A stretch of 64,000 bases of DNA from Trichoplax adhaerens. Lineage: Eukaryota > Animalia > Placozoa. Positions 26,885 through 39,990 of the stretch are shown one piece after another; the stretch's first letter is position 1, and every line of letters starts with the position of its first letter. The DNA lies in contig NW_002060945.1 of the NCBI RefSeq assembly GCF_000150275.1, positions 569,872-633,871 of the forward strand. The letters run 5' to 3'. Made by a program: the position numbers and the translations under genes. A model generated the notes under the pieces. That model was not told the DNA's origin. It searched no databases and saw nothing but the letters and a program-made list of their open reading frames with translations.

Positions 26885-27288
26885 GGATCAGTCTATTTCA
26901 CGGGCTATACGCATCTATTTTTTAGCTTAGTCACTGTTTTATTCGTTCTTGTGATTATTGACGCTACCGTTCAATTTTATTACTGATCCTCATTTGCAAT
27001 GGCTACCATAGTCACTCATTGATTGTAGAAAATACCTATTCAATGTATGCTTAGTTACACACCCGCAATGTGCCATTTTAAATCTCACTAGCTCTTGATG
27101 ATGAGCCCTATGACATACCACCACCTCTACGCTGATGCAGTGGCAACATGTTATTATCGCTATCTAAATTGACATATCCTTTCTTTCTTGAATAAGTCAA
27201 TTGGGCAGTAGTATGGAATAGTCAGTAGAACTAAAGAAAGAGTGACTAAGCTGAATAATTGATCTAGTTTGTGAAATGGACTTGATCC
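26885..27288. repeat. Degenerate long inverted repeat (~90-nt arms, ~220-nt spacer); possible foldback/MITE relic
   Basis: 26885-26976 (ggatcagtctatttcac...agcttagtcact.ttt..tt.gttct..tga.tatt...caatt) aligns to the reverse complement of 27199-27288. Confidence 0.7.
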
Positions 27289-28118
27289 TACAAGCTATAT
27301 ATCACAATAAGTAGTCAAATGGTCAACTAGAGAGTTTAATCTTTTTAGATATGAAAATCTACAGGCGATTTGACTATAGAAATCCGATCTGTGTTGCAGG
27401 ACTAGCACTAGAATCGACATGAAACTGTAGACAACTAGAAGAGGGACTTTAACAATCTATATACTGTCCTATACGACTCCCCTACATTACATGTATATAT
27501 AAATACAGTCCAGTAGATTCGTATTTCTATGGAATATGGGAAAGTCGTCTATCATCAAATGATCTTCAATGCGGTTGTATGTACAATGTATATGTGTCAC
27601 GCTGTTAGTATACACTTTCATAATTATTAACTGAATTAGTACTATATTGCGTGGAATTTCCATGGGTTTCGCTACTTGATATTGATACAGTAGATTTTAT
27701 ATGTCATATAATGTACGGGAGTCATATATTGATGTGGATCCGAATTGATTGATAGAATAGAAAGAATTTCCTTCAAAGTCTCTGATGATGTTGCCGTCTC
27801 TGGAGGCACATGGTTGTACCAGGGACTTTTAGTATTTGTCTCACAAGTCCCAGGCTGTACTATCCATTAGTGCATTGCATTTGCCTAAATCAGCACCTCT
27901 AACCAAGGACTTGTAATGCCTTAACCTTGCAGTCATCATCTTACAGGCAGGTGGGCAAGTAGAGACCATCGATGGGCTAATATCAATGCATTTATTCAGC
28001 TATTTTCCTGCTGCTGATTTGGATTGCAATCATGGACTACGAGAAACAGCCTTGTCCATTTTGGCAGTCCAAGGTGCGATTGCGCCGACACTTCGACTGA
28101 TAGACAGGTGGCATTTTA

Positions 28119-28308
28119 CTGTACATTTACGGTGCGGTATGGTACGGTACAGTAAGCGTACAGTACAGTATGTTCGCCTACAGTACAATATAGTAAAAGA
28201 TTCGCGATTTTTCTCATACTGCCACATTACTGTACTGTACAGTACAGTACTGTACTGTACTGTACTGTACTGTACTGTACACTGTACTGTACAGTACTGT
28301 ACTGTACG
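28119..28308. promoter_or_regulatory. (GTACW)n self-complementary pentamer tract at a putative bidirectional promoter
   Basis: Near-perfect tactg/tacag run at 28228-28307 and a looser run at 28119-28190, next to a CpG-rich patch (28305-28350). It lies between the 5' ends of MYO10 (-) and the microprotein gene (+). The promoter role is inferred from position. Confidence 0.5.
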
Positions 28309-30543
28309 CTGCGGTAACGAGCGAGCTCGGGACTAACAGACGGACCGACCCACCAATCTCGAGTTCTCATCCGCTTCTTCCAACTATACTTAGCATCAGT
28401 AGCTTGATTTGCAGTTGGTTTACAAGAATACCTAGGAAAGGAAAGGTAAACTTAACTTGTTATTGCTCTTTTCCATACAGAGGACATAATTGATGTCTAC
28501 GGATAGAAAGTAGATGAAGATAAATATGAGCTAGAGTCAATACTTTAGCCCAAGTATCAGTATACGTTGTACTGTGAAATGTCTCTTTTGGCATCTTTCT
28601 CGCCAGCTAGTTTTAGCCATCCCTTGAACCGATCAAACTAGTCTGGATACCGCACACATATGAATGAATTATCCAACGAAATAGGAGTACAACCGAAATT
28701 TGAAACTGTACAAAATACTTTAAAAGTTCAGTTATCACTGCTTACTACAACTCCAAAGCATTTAAAATATCTTTTGTACTACACCGTGCTTATGGGCGTA
28801 TACTGGACGGTAGTGTCGAGTAGACGTGTCAATAATTTCCTATGGGAACATCATGACTACTCGCAACAAGTTTGCTAGCTGCCCTTGTCATCAAGAAATC
28901 GTTAAAGCTACACGATGATACCAATATTGTATTCGATAAGGATTCAACTGATACACTATAGTGTCTGGATACTATGGAGCTTTTCGCCATGGCATCATCT
29001 CTAGATTCCGTGATTTACCACGACACTCCCTCTATCTCCTTCATCACACAGTCACTGCACTATCGATGGAATACAACATTCTACCTAACCTTGTAATAAC
29101 AATCATAACAAGTTATGTAATAAAAAGCCATCAATCTATCCTTAGTAGCACTAGTGCTCTACTCATTTTGACGTTAAACGAACGGAAATCTGATCATCTT
29201 ATGGTAGTCTGTTGTACAACATCGTGCTGTAAATCTTCCATGAATATCATACTTAATGATCAAGGATGAACATGACAATGATGGATTGAAAATGCGCGTA
29301 GTTTAGTTGACGAACAGGTACTTGTTCAGCATGTGTATTATAGTATGTATAATTTCACAAATTTATTCACTCACTAACCAACTCCCGCATACTCATCTGC
29401 ACCGCACATATTAGATTGTATCAAGTCTAGCAATCAACCCAAATGTTGATCGATATTGTCGTCTTACCTATAGTAAAGTAGTAGCTTACGAATGAATCAT
29501 ACTCGTAAAGCTATCTTACTGTGCATTGATATAACGTGTCTTTTTAGTCTATCATTGATCTTAATCTTCTTCATTATTTAGATTATTACCAGTTGTCATA
29601 TTGAATTTGGCCGTTTACCTCTAGCGTAAGTGATGCATCAATTACTGTATACATGTGCTTAACTTTTCTATGAATAGGATTTAATACGTCATAATCTGCA
29701 GTAAACCACAATATACAGGTAAAGTCTGCAGATCGAAATATCAGTTATACTATACACCAACACTGAAACTTTTGTCATCATTGGGTGAATATACGTATGG
29801 ACAGCTTACGATTAAATCAGTCATGGCACTACTAGTGACGCTCATTCTTTCTAACCATGACCCTTTGAAAAAGCACCAGTTTCCACTAGGTGCTATAACA
29901 TTAGTATTACAGGCAATTTCGTACTTTTCGCTCACTATAACAAGAAAAATTATTCAATAATTCATATTAAGTACGTCATCATACGACCGGATATTCAGGA
30001 TGTGTACTAAAATCATTAGTAGAGAATCCTTTCAAGCTATACAATATACAGTAGTTATGATGATATAAGACCATATCGTAGCATAGATGGTCTACTCTAT
30101 TGCAGGTAGTAATCGGAAATTCAGGACTACCGTTGTTTCTGTTATACGGTATATGTACACGTACATGTACGATGTTATCGCTTTATTACTTTAGTAGCAG
30201 TGTTCAAGTCTTTGACTCTTATTGATGTTATCAGCCACGAAGACGATTCTAAATGAATACATGTATCACAGACCTGTATTTCCTTATGTTAAAACTTGCT
30301 AATTAACGCGTATATCACCTACCGACAGGGTTAAACATCGTGATACATTAAAATTCTATTACCCTCAAATAGATACAGTGCTATCACTATAGCAGAAATC
30401 TCCTATAGCTCGATAATATCCAGTAGAAGCTATTTTTAGTCCACCTTGCAATAATGAAGTATTTGCTTAAATAGAATACTATGTACCTATTTAAAAATTT
30501 CAATGACCATGTTTTCTATTAACAGGAAATTAAAAATCCTACC

Positions 30544-30672
30544 ATGGACGAATGGGTTTTAGACGAAAATCAATTTGCGTATGTTATCGCCGTTATATTA
30601 ATTATTTGGATAATTCTAGGCTATTTCTTTCATCCTCACTTTGAAAGACGTCCCAAAAAGAAGCAAGAGTAA
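30544..30672 (+). CDS. 42-aa single-pass transmembrane microprotein (MDEWVLDENQFAYVIAVILIIWIILGYFFHPHFERRPKKKQE), weakly OST4-like
   Basis: Splice acceptor ttttctattaacag ends at 30525. Strong Kozak context accATGG. Acidic N-terminus, 19-residue hydrophobic helix, basic C-tail. AATAAA at 31122. Candidate non-coding upstream exons end at 28445 (AAG|gtaaac) and span 29678-29718 (CAG|gtaaag). Confidence 0.72.
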   Translation: MDEWVLDENQFAYVIAVILIIWIILGYFFHPHFERRPKKKQE

Positions 30673-31388
30673 AGACCTTTTGCATCTGTTTCTTGAACTG
30701 TTAACTTCAAAATAGCCATGCAGTTAAATCTATTTTAGAATCAAATTGCCTGAGCATTAAGTATTAACGGTATGCAGCCGTACACTTAATTATTATTACG
30801 TCAAGCCTACATGATGGCTTTTCTTAACTAACTAACTTCCTATTTTTACGTGGTTGATGCTATCTTTGTACGTTTGATGGAGAATGCTCAATTGGCTTAA
30901 TCAATGAATGTTATGTAGGGTAATCATTTGTGTCATGCTAATTTTTTTTTAGGCCTAAAAATCAGTGTTGTTTACTTAATCTTTAGCACAATTTATTGTT
31001 TTTCTAAGAGTAAGATTTCACATGTACAAATTGGTGATTGATTAGCATTTTGTTTTATTTAAAACTGTATTTAAATGCATACGAGATTGCTATCTTTATC
31101 CCTTTTTTGGTTACTAAAGTTAATAAAAAAAAACCAATGAATTCCAACCATTTTATTGAAGTAAGCGAACTTGCATATTGAAGATAGAATGGTAGTATAA
31201 TTATCGAATTTGCAGGCAATGTGGACACATATCGTACAGTACCTTATTTTACGATTACTCTTCGTTCATAAATTAATCATACTACAGAATTTGAGATACA
31301 AGTATATTGATTTATTATTGATGCCACTTATTTACTACTATATCTAATGGATTAATTTACAATCAAAATATTTTAAAATTTAGCTGTA

Positions 31389-31438
31389 NNNNNNNNNNNN
31401 NNNNNNNNNNNNNNNNNNNNNNNNNNNNNNNNNNNNNN
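31389..31438. other. Assembly gap (50 N)
   Basis: Run of n characters. Confidence 1.
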
Positions 31439-33209
31439 TACTAGGTGGAATAAATCGGCTAATGTATACTATTTCATATACGGTATGCCAAATATAAAGT
31501 TTTACTGGCGTATTTGGAAAGAGTCGTAACGTCAATTTTAGTTTTTTAGTTTGATAGAAAAATATACCATTAAATTATTATTATAAAACTATAGCAATGT
31601 CATGCTTATAATTATAATTTATAGTATACAGCCGTAGTGAATTTATTCTATAGCAGTCAATTTTAGGTCAAGCTTTTTTATTATTGTAGTTTGATTATAT
31701 TTAATGATGATCTCACAATTAATCTATTATATATTTATCTGAAACATTCTCACTCTTCACTGATGTTGAATGCCTACTAATTTCTTTATAGGTAATGATT
31801 TAAAGTTATGAGTATATAGGATGCGTTACCAAAGACATTTCGACTATACTTTCTACCGTGTGTTAGCTACTAAATAGCAGTAAGATCACTTACCCGAAAC
31901 ATTACCATGATTGATGAACGATATACGGGTACTGGAATTACCAACTTTTTTATCAATAATAATTATAATTTACGTAAATTATAACTAATGTAATTTTCCA
32001 TGATTTATATTGCATATACTGTATATAATGACCATTAGTGTTGTTTTAATTAATAATTAATTAATCTATGTCAATTGCCAAGCTATGACTTGACTTGATT
32101 ATTTACCCGAACCATTGCTACTATGGTATGTATAATTCAAATTCTTTTAGTCGATAATAATTTAAGTTAAACTCGTGCTACAATTTATTATCGCCATTTG
32201 ATGTATTGTATTATTCCAATTATATATATTATTATTGAACGACAAATTTATAATCACTTACTGGAAATATTTTTGTTATTGGTAAATGATATGCGTATGC
32301 GCTATTACTATACTAAATTTTTTTTCTCCTGAATAATGGATTGTTGTAAATTAAAACTTATAATAAGAGAACAAAAGTAGCTCTATAGCCTGAAAAGTCT
32401 TGGCTGGTGTTCTGTACAAATTCATCTTTCATATGGTCACAATGAACCTAGTTTCATTCAAGTTCAAAACTCTAAAAGTTACACTTTATTCAGCCATGGT
32501 CAAATTGATGTTTCTGTATTTCTGTGTATTTTCTAAACAGTCAATTGTGTCAATGTTCTACGCCAGGAAAATAAGAAGCAAATATAGCACATGAGGGTAC
32601 AGTTATTTTCTTAAGTAAAGGTTTGTTTAGTTGGTATAATCACTCTAGATCAGACTCACCAATAAGACTTTAATGACTACTTGTATACTTCCATAATTCA
32701 TGTACTTGTACGAGGTATTTTCTACTTGGAATATGCTGCATAAAATGCAACTCAGACAGATTGAGTCAATACGCAATTTAAAATGAAAAATTTGATAGCT
32801 AATATTCGAGATTCCAGTTCTTTAGTTGATTGACCTATATCAAAGGTTAAACTTTCTAGACTTTATTGGAGTGTAAAATTTGTTTAGTAGATCTACTTCT
32901 ATTTTGTTATGTACGCAGTAATCAATTTAGAGTATTGTATTATGTAAATAATATGATCAAAATATGAACTTCTACACTTGCGACAGCTGGCGTCCAGAAA
33001 TTATTCACCTAAATTTGAGAGATGCGCTAACAAAGAAACACTATATTAAGCTATTCGATAGAAATATGATGTTGATTTCTCCAAAAAATAAATAAAACGG
33101 GGACAAAGATATCATTAAATGCTTCATACTTGACTATAATGACTACTGCCAGAAAAGGAAAGGTAAGCTGATAGAAGAAAGTATCAGAATCCTCAAGCAA
33201 TCATAAATG

Positions 33210-33730
33210 AGATTTTCGTGATTACTAATCAACATCAATGTATCTTTTATTCTAAAATCGAAATAAGTGAGTAGATTTTGTTGAAGAGTTGGGCCAGTCG
33301 AGAAAGAGTAATACAGTCTAATCAAGATATTAAAGCTATTATTTTCGTTGTAACAAAATCTTTATTCGTATCACAATCGATTTATAGCATTGATACCGAA
33401 TACGTCAAGATATTTCGTAATTATTAACCGATATTAATGTGATTTTTATTCTATAATCGAAATAAATGAGTAGATTTTGTAGAAGAGTTTCGCAATAGAT
33501 TTATACTAATGATACTGGAAATGTCAAGATATTTCGTGACTATTAACGACATCAATATTACTTTTATTCTACAGGCGAAATAGATAGGTCAATTTTATGG
33601 AAAAGCTAGACTAGTCGAGAAAGAGTAATACATTCTAATCGAGACATTAAAGCTATTATATTAATTGAAGTAAAATCTTTACCCGTATCGCAATCGATTC
33701 TATTAATGATGCAGAATATATTAAGATATT
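33210..33730. repeat. Degenerate tandem repeat (~200-nt unit; two full copies and one partial)
   Basis: agtcgagaaagagtaataca.tctaatc.aga.attaaagctattat at ~33297 and ~33613. ttttattcta.a..cgaaata at ~33245, 33444 and 33562. Confidence 0.8.
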
Positions 33731-36700
33731 TACAACATTTTATCATTTAGGCAAGCAATCATACAATTTACACACTTTGGTAGCTTCAAAGAATAAAAGA
33801 ACGGGTGTTTTTAATTATAAAATCGTAGCTATTATGATGCATGTTTTAAGAATATAATAGTCCATTTTACAAATGTTAACTGATATGGTATTGTTAGGTA
33901 AATCACCTGATGATCATTTTTATAATATGAAATAACGATTTACTGATTTTTCAACACTCAATAAACGATATGGTAATACAAAAAATAAAACAAATGAATG
34001 TTTCGATCTCATTCATAAAGCTATACTAATATATAGTGTTTAAAAAGGGCGGCATGCATTAGGCTTCACAATGTCAATATTACACTAACTGAAAAGGAAT
34101 TAAAACCATCTACTGAAGCTAAAATGATCTTTTGCTACAGTAGCTACAATAGATGAATCGTGTACTGGCTATTATCTATTTACATAAAAAACTAATTCTA
34201 TTTTTGTTGCAACTCAATTTTACAGTTCCGCAGGAAATGTTAGTGCATCATTTTTACTACAAAATAACACTTCAATAGATTTCGAAATAAAATTAAACTA
34301 TTTCTGACTCATTCATATTGAGAATTTAACGGTTATACAAACGATATTTATCATCTATGGAAACGATAAATAGAAATAGCGAAATTTATATCAAAACAAT
34401 ATTTTATCAACGTAAGGCTAATTCATTTGTTATAAATATAAATTCTTCCACTATTGATAAATATTTCATTATCAGTTAAACTATTTCCAACACAAAGAAT
34501 AATTAATTGTAAATAATTTCTATTCATTTAATACTGAATTCATCTATCCGATCAAAGGTCGAAATGACGATGTTAGCTTGTTGATTTAGAACAATATCCA
34601 TCTTGTAATAAATATTATTGTATCAAATCAAGCGTTTTGATGTAAGGATATCCAAGTTTATATAGAATCCTATTGAAATTAATCTATTATCGGTATTTTA
34701 GCTCAAGATCCACCAATAAGGGCAAGCTTATACACTACCAGGTTACATTAAATGTTATAATTTATGGAGGAAATGAAATTATTCTTGTGGTATCTAATGG
34801 CTATGCCGAAATAAATGTCGAAAGAATAATGCATGGAGGTGTTTTTTTGCCATCAATTTTGATATTTTTTCAGTTTATGCCTATAACTAGTATGGTAATA
34901 ACTTATACCATTTAGGCTAAATTACCATTTGAAAATGTTTCATACATTAATTATTAAGCTCGCTAAATGTTTATTACATATATCCTAATGTATAATGAAA
35001 AATTGCATGCCAAGTCTATTTCATAAATAAAAAATAGATAGCATTTATAATAATAAACACTCCTACAGATATTGAGAATTTCAATTTCCAATCTATTGAC
35101 ATAAATACTTATGCTCATATCCACCGTAATTATTTATTTGTAAGTTTATAAATAACTTAGGCGTAGGTAGTCAACAAAATAAATCGCAAAGGAAGAAGTT
35201 GGCTTTCTATCAATTTAATTCAATCAATATTTCCGTTTGTAGGCTAAAAACTCTCCACTACACTGTTAACCCTACCAAATTTATATACCACACATATGAA
35301 TCGTCACTAAAATATTTCAAATTAAAAGTTACATAACTTAGCCCCATCTATTTCTTGAGGCATAGATAATGATTTAGTTAAGGTAAAAATTCTAGGATAT
35401 ATTGCCACTACAAAATGATGATAGATAGTATATTGTAGAGAAAGTATGGGTCATGACTTCTTCTGCATCCGATTCATTTTATTAATTCAGCACGTCAAGG
35501 AATATTAAATTATTATATTTATTAATCAAAGTTATATTGTACACGTAGATTGAACTTTACATTGGTCCAAAATTATACGAGCTTGCTTTATGGAAAGGAA
35601 AGCTAGAACCTTTTAATTTCTGTTATCAGATAGGTCAAAGCTTGCTAATTCGTCAATTGAATTGCTAACGGTATATTTCAGCAGTAATCAAACATGAATT
35701 ATTAAAATAGGAATGGAATAATTACTTTTCTCAAGAACATCCATATAATTTATCAAAAGAAGTTTTAAAATTCTAGTAATTGTATTTCCGGAAGTGAGAT
35801 ATTACTTACATACTGAAGAAGCATAGTTAGAACATAAGGATTAGTGTTTGTTATTATTCATTTACGGCTGTCATATACTTATTAGTCTGATCGTTGCTAA
35901 TTAGTTTTATGCACCAATGCTCTTAAGGCAGAATAATTTTGACGTAATTTTTGCCCTACTAAGAAGTCATTGCATGTGCCAATTCACTACTAAATATTAT
36001 TTTATGCGCTAGAAAGAACTATTCAACATCATCAAAGGCGTTCAGATTTTTGGTCCCAAATACAGTATATTCATTTTTAATAAATTATTACAGTAATTAA
36101 ATTAAATAAATAAAATACTTCATAATACACATTATAAGTTCATGAATTCACTCTAGGATCTAATCCATCAACAACAAGCAAATACTTACAACGTATTCGC
36201 TCAGTATAGAAAAGACACGTTACTTATGTTAAATTTCGTAGGAATGTTGCTGTAATATCAATGACTGCCATGCAATCTCAGATATAACCTCGTTAGATTG
36301 ATAAATACTGCTACATATCAAATATTTACTTATAGTTGGTTTCTTTATTTTGTGTTGTAATTTCCATCTGTATTAGTATTACTTTTATCCTGAGCAGTTA
36401 TTAATCATCAATAAGAAGTCGATGTTAATTTCAAAAACATGACAATAGAAATAATCATTTAACTTTGTCTTCTTTGGTGGAAATGTAGTTTAAAAAATAA
36501 CATTTTGTACGTAACCTAAAGGTAACAGATAGAATACTGCATTTTTTAACTTGATACCGGTATTTATTCGCCCATCAATCCACCCATCAATCAACCAATT
36601 CGGCATAATTTGCTTAATGGCATCCAGGTTGAACGAAATTGTACTATCTACACAATGGGATTTCATGATTTGTATTTTATTTATCAGTTTCCCTGATTAA

Positions 36701-39700
36701 ATTTGTCGTAAACATCTTTCATTTACAATCACAGTTATCTACCGTTGGATTATAATTTTAATATTTTAGATTGATTTCTTATGTAATCATAGCTTGTCAC
36801 GCTATTTTTAAGTCTGATCAATCACTTCGTTTCAATGCTGGATTCCAATTTTTTAATAAATTTTCACTCACACATTAGCAGGTCTATAAGCGTGAAGAAA
36901 TAGGTATAATAGATAGTATATAATAAGTAGCTGACAATGTAATTCTTCAACGATTACGGAAAGACTCCTATCCAAGACAGTCAAGCCTAACATACTCTTC
37001 TATAATATGACAGAGTAAATCAATTTGTTCCAATAAACTGTCAACAAGAATTTCGTAGAATTTTGCAGGAACTTTAAAAATAGAATAAAAATCTTAAAAA
37101 GCCTATGAAATATTGCAATGTGACGTTTATGACATTCTATACAGCTATCGTTCAATGATTGAATACTATATCATAATTTAGTTTATTTCTAATCCATTTC
37201 TGATAATCCCAAAGCGTATTTTGCAACTAAAATACAAGAATAATTCTCAAGAATAAGCAATTTTATTTTCTAGTAAGTATTTTACTTCAGGGTTTCCACG
37301 TTAAGACTTTGTGTCTATAAAAGCTATAAACTGTATAATCAAAGGTAAAAGTCCAAAATAATTTTCTATAGATTAATCATTAATAAATCAAATTCGATAC
37401 TGTTATTTAATTCTGTGAGCTATGCAATATGTCATGAAATTGATAAATCAACATAATCTAGAATGATTGGATACTATTACAATTTTTCAAGACCTTAAAA
37501 TAATAGCAGGTATTGCAGTAACCAATACTATTTAATTGACTTCTATTCTGGTGCTTTCAAGTAGAGCCAACAGGAAGACAGATACTTTATCATGGGGTGC
37601 TCCATTATAATTTCTAAAGGACTATTTTCTGTCTCTGTTTACAGCATCGTTATTTAGACGTCCATTAATATAATATTAGAAATAAAAGATCGAAGCTCCG
37701 TTATATAAACCTTAGCTCACTGTTATCCTATTTTATACTTACTGAATGCACTGAGGTATAAGAAAGAGATAGAGCAAAATTTTAATTTTATAACTTCTCT
37801 GTAATTTTTGGCTCAATGTTACCCACTTCCTATTTAACTAATAATTGTAGTCGTAGGATTTCTAATCTTAAGGATAGAAAGATCAAGATTCTATTAAGCA
37901 TGAACTACTTTTATTCCTTATTCATTCTTTTCATTTTAATTTGACTAACTGCAATTAATCAATTTTGCTAATTGTTAGAAGAGGGATTCTAGAATACTGT
38001 AAATCACAATAATATATATTTTTATCCGTTAATAATTCTTACCATTTTTGTCTCCAATTGCATTCATAAGTAATACATCTAGTCAATGTAAGGAATAATA
38101 ATTGTCTTGCTTTACATATGTCTGATTTGATGATTATATTAATTTATTTAATTTTAAATGAATCTATTTAAGAGCCTTAAGGATGGATCACAACGTCTAG
38201 TATGCAAATAGAGGAGGACCTACTATTATATAATGAATGCTAAAGTAACGACATCAAGAACCTATTACCTTATGTGTTCTGTCATTCATAATATATGGAC
38301 TATAATCGTGATTTCTATACAGAACAGAAGATTTTTCTTTTCTACTCATTGTCAATCATCCTAGCCAATACTCATACCTTTTCTAACAAATTAAATATAT
38401 CTTTTATCTCTTTCCTTTAATCGAACTAGTACGTTATTATAACTTATAAAATAAAGTAGGACAGAACAGAACCAGGTGTATCTAGTTCTATTCAAGATAT
38501 GTAAATAAAGTACGATAAAACAGAGCTAGATGCCAATACCTTTTATATGCGGCATTTTTCTCTCAAATTTTTGCCCATATTAATAATAATTTACTATACA
38601 AAATCTAGGCTAAATTCAATCGAAAGAAACCACAAACAAAAAATATATGAACGGGAGCTGCAAGCAATAACTCGTCTCAAAATCTGTCAATAGGAACGAA
38701 TTCACTAATGCTATATATATGACCGATTTCGCATCGGGCCTCGTTCAACATATATTTTTGGTCAAAAAATTGATAAGATGCCGGTGTTACAATTATTAAG
38801 CACGTTTATCAAATGATGATAATGAATGTCATAATTCTTACAAAGTCTATCTATGATCAGTGACGAAACTTTTTAATTTTTGCACACCAGCCTTTGCCAT
38901 GATAATGTTATATCAATACATCTGTATATAGCCATAGACTTGAAACTGTCATTTTGATTTAAAGTAGATGCCTGTATTCAATGAATAATCTTAAATACAG
39001 TGTCAAATATTGTCGTAATGTATGATTGTTGTCAGATTTAATCTCATCATTTTAATTTCGAACACGTATCTGTATCTAACTTGAACTATAAAACTTGGCG
39101 ACAATTTCAAAATTTTAAAATATTCCCAAGTTCTAATTGAGGATAAGCTATATCCCATTATTTTTTATCTCTTTAAATATGCTTATAGTGATATCTGTCT
39201 TTAATCAAATAAATGTAGCCTTGTTTATCAATTTCTAAAGTGTAGTTGTAATGATGGATAGACTCTGCGTCATTACTAAATATTTAATGAGAGAATTTAC
39301 CTATTTTATCAGCCCTTAAAATATGGCTACACTTAACCATAAGCTTCAAGTCACTTTGTTAGTTTTTAGCAAAAAAATATACCCGTATCAGTAAGTAGCT
39401 AATCAAAAATATGATTGTAAAAAAGATAAACAGTATGCTACCATTATAATTTTTAACGAAAGAACCCCAGTACTTTGTCAAATCTTAAAGCACGAATAGA
39501 CTTTTATTATACTGTTATGTTAAATTTTAGATAAGAAATTGATTTATGACATCAAACTTAAAAGTAGTTAGAATTTTGGATAGACTTTTCATCAAGGTTT
39601 TAATTTTTAGCGTCGAAATTGAACTATATTTTCAAATGTTAAGTATTGTATAACTATGGTTAAAGTTGATTTTGTACTATTATTTTCAATTTTTAACGAA

Positions 39701-39729
39701 GAAATGTATCTGCTATATCGAATCTTAAA

Positions 39730-39990
39730 TATGGTTGCATTTAAGGAAAGCTTTTTATGCGCTACTTTGATGTTAAATATAGATATATTAATAGCTCCTA
39801 TAATTAGGAAATTCAATTTCAATATTAATTCTGAAAGTAAAGTTATATTTAACGATAGTTTTTATGCACTAATTTGATGTCGAATATAGACTTGTACATT
39901 AATAGCTACCTCTAACAAGGAAATTCAATCTCAGTATGAACTCTTAAAGTATAGTCATATTTAAGGATAAAGTTATGCCACCACTTGAAC
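39730..39990. repeat. ~110-nt tandem duplication
   Basis: tttttatgc.cta.tttgatgt..aatataga...attaatagct.c.t..aa..aggaaattcaat occurs twice. Confidence 0.7.

Noticed and set aside
28030-28059. Minus-strand ATG GAC AAG GCT GTT TCT as the MYO10 start exon
   Set aside because: Good context and position, but I found no phase-0 donor compatible with the 25183 exon. The start is left unassigned.
27986-28336. 116-aa ORF with LYCTV repeats
   Set aside because: It is the translation of the (GTACW)n tract, with no protein-like features.
28989-29096. 35-aa ORF with gccATGG context (MASSLDSVIYHD...)
   Set aside because: No recognisable features or splice support; it likely lies in an intron of the microprotein gene.
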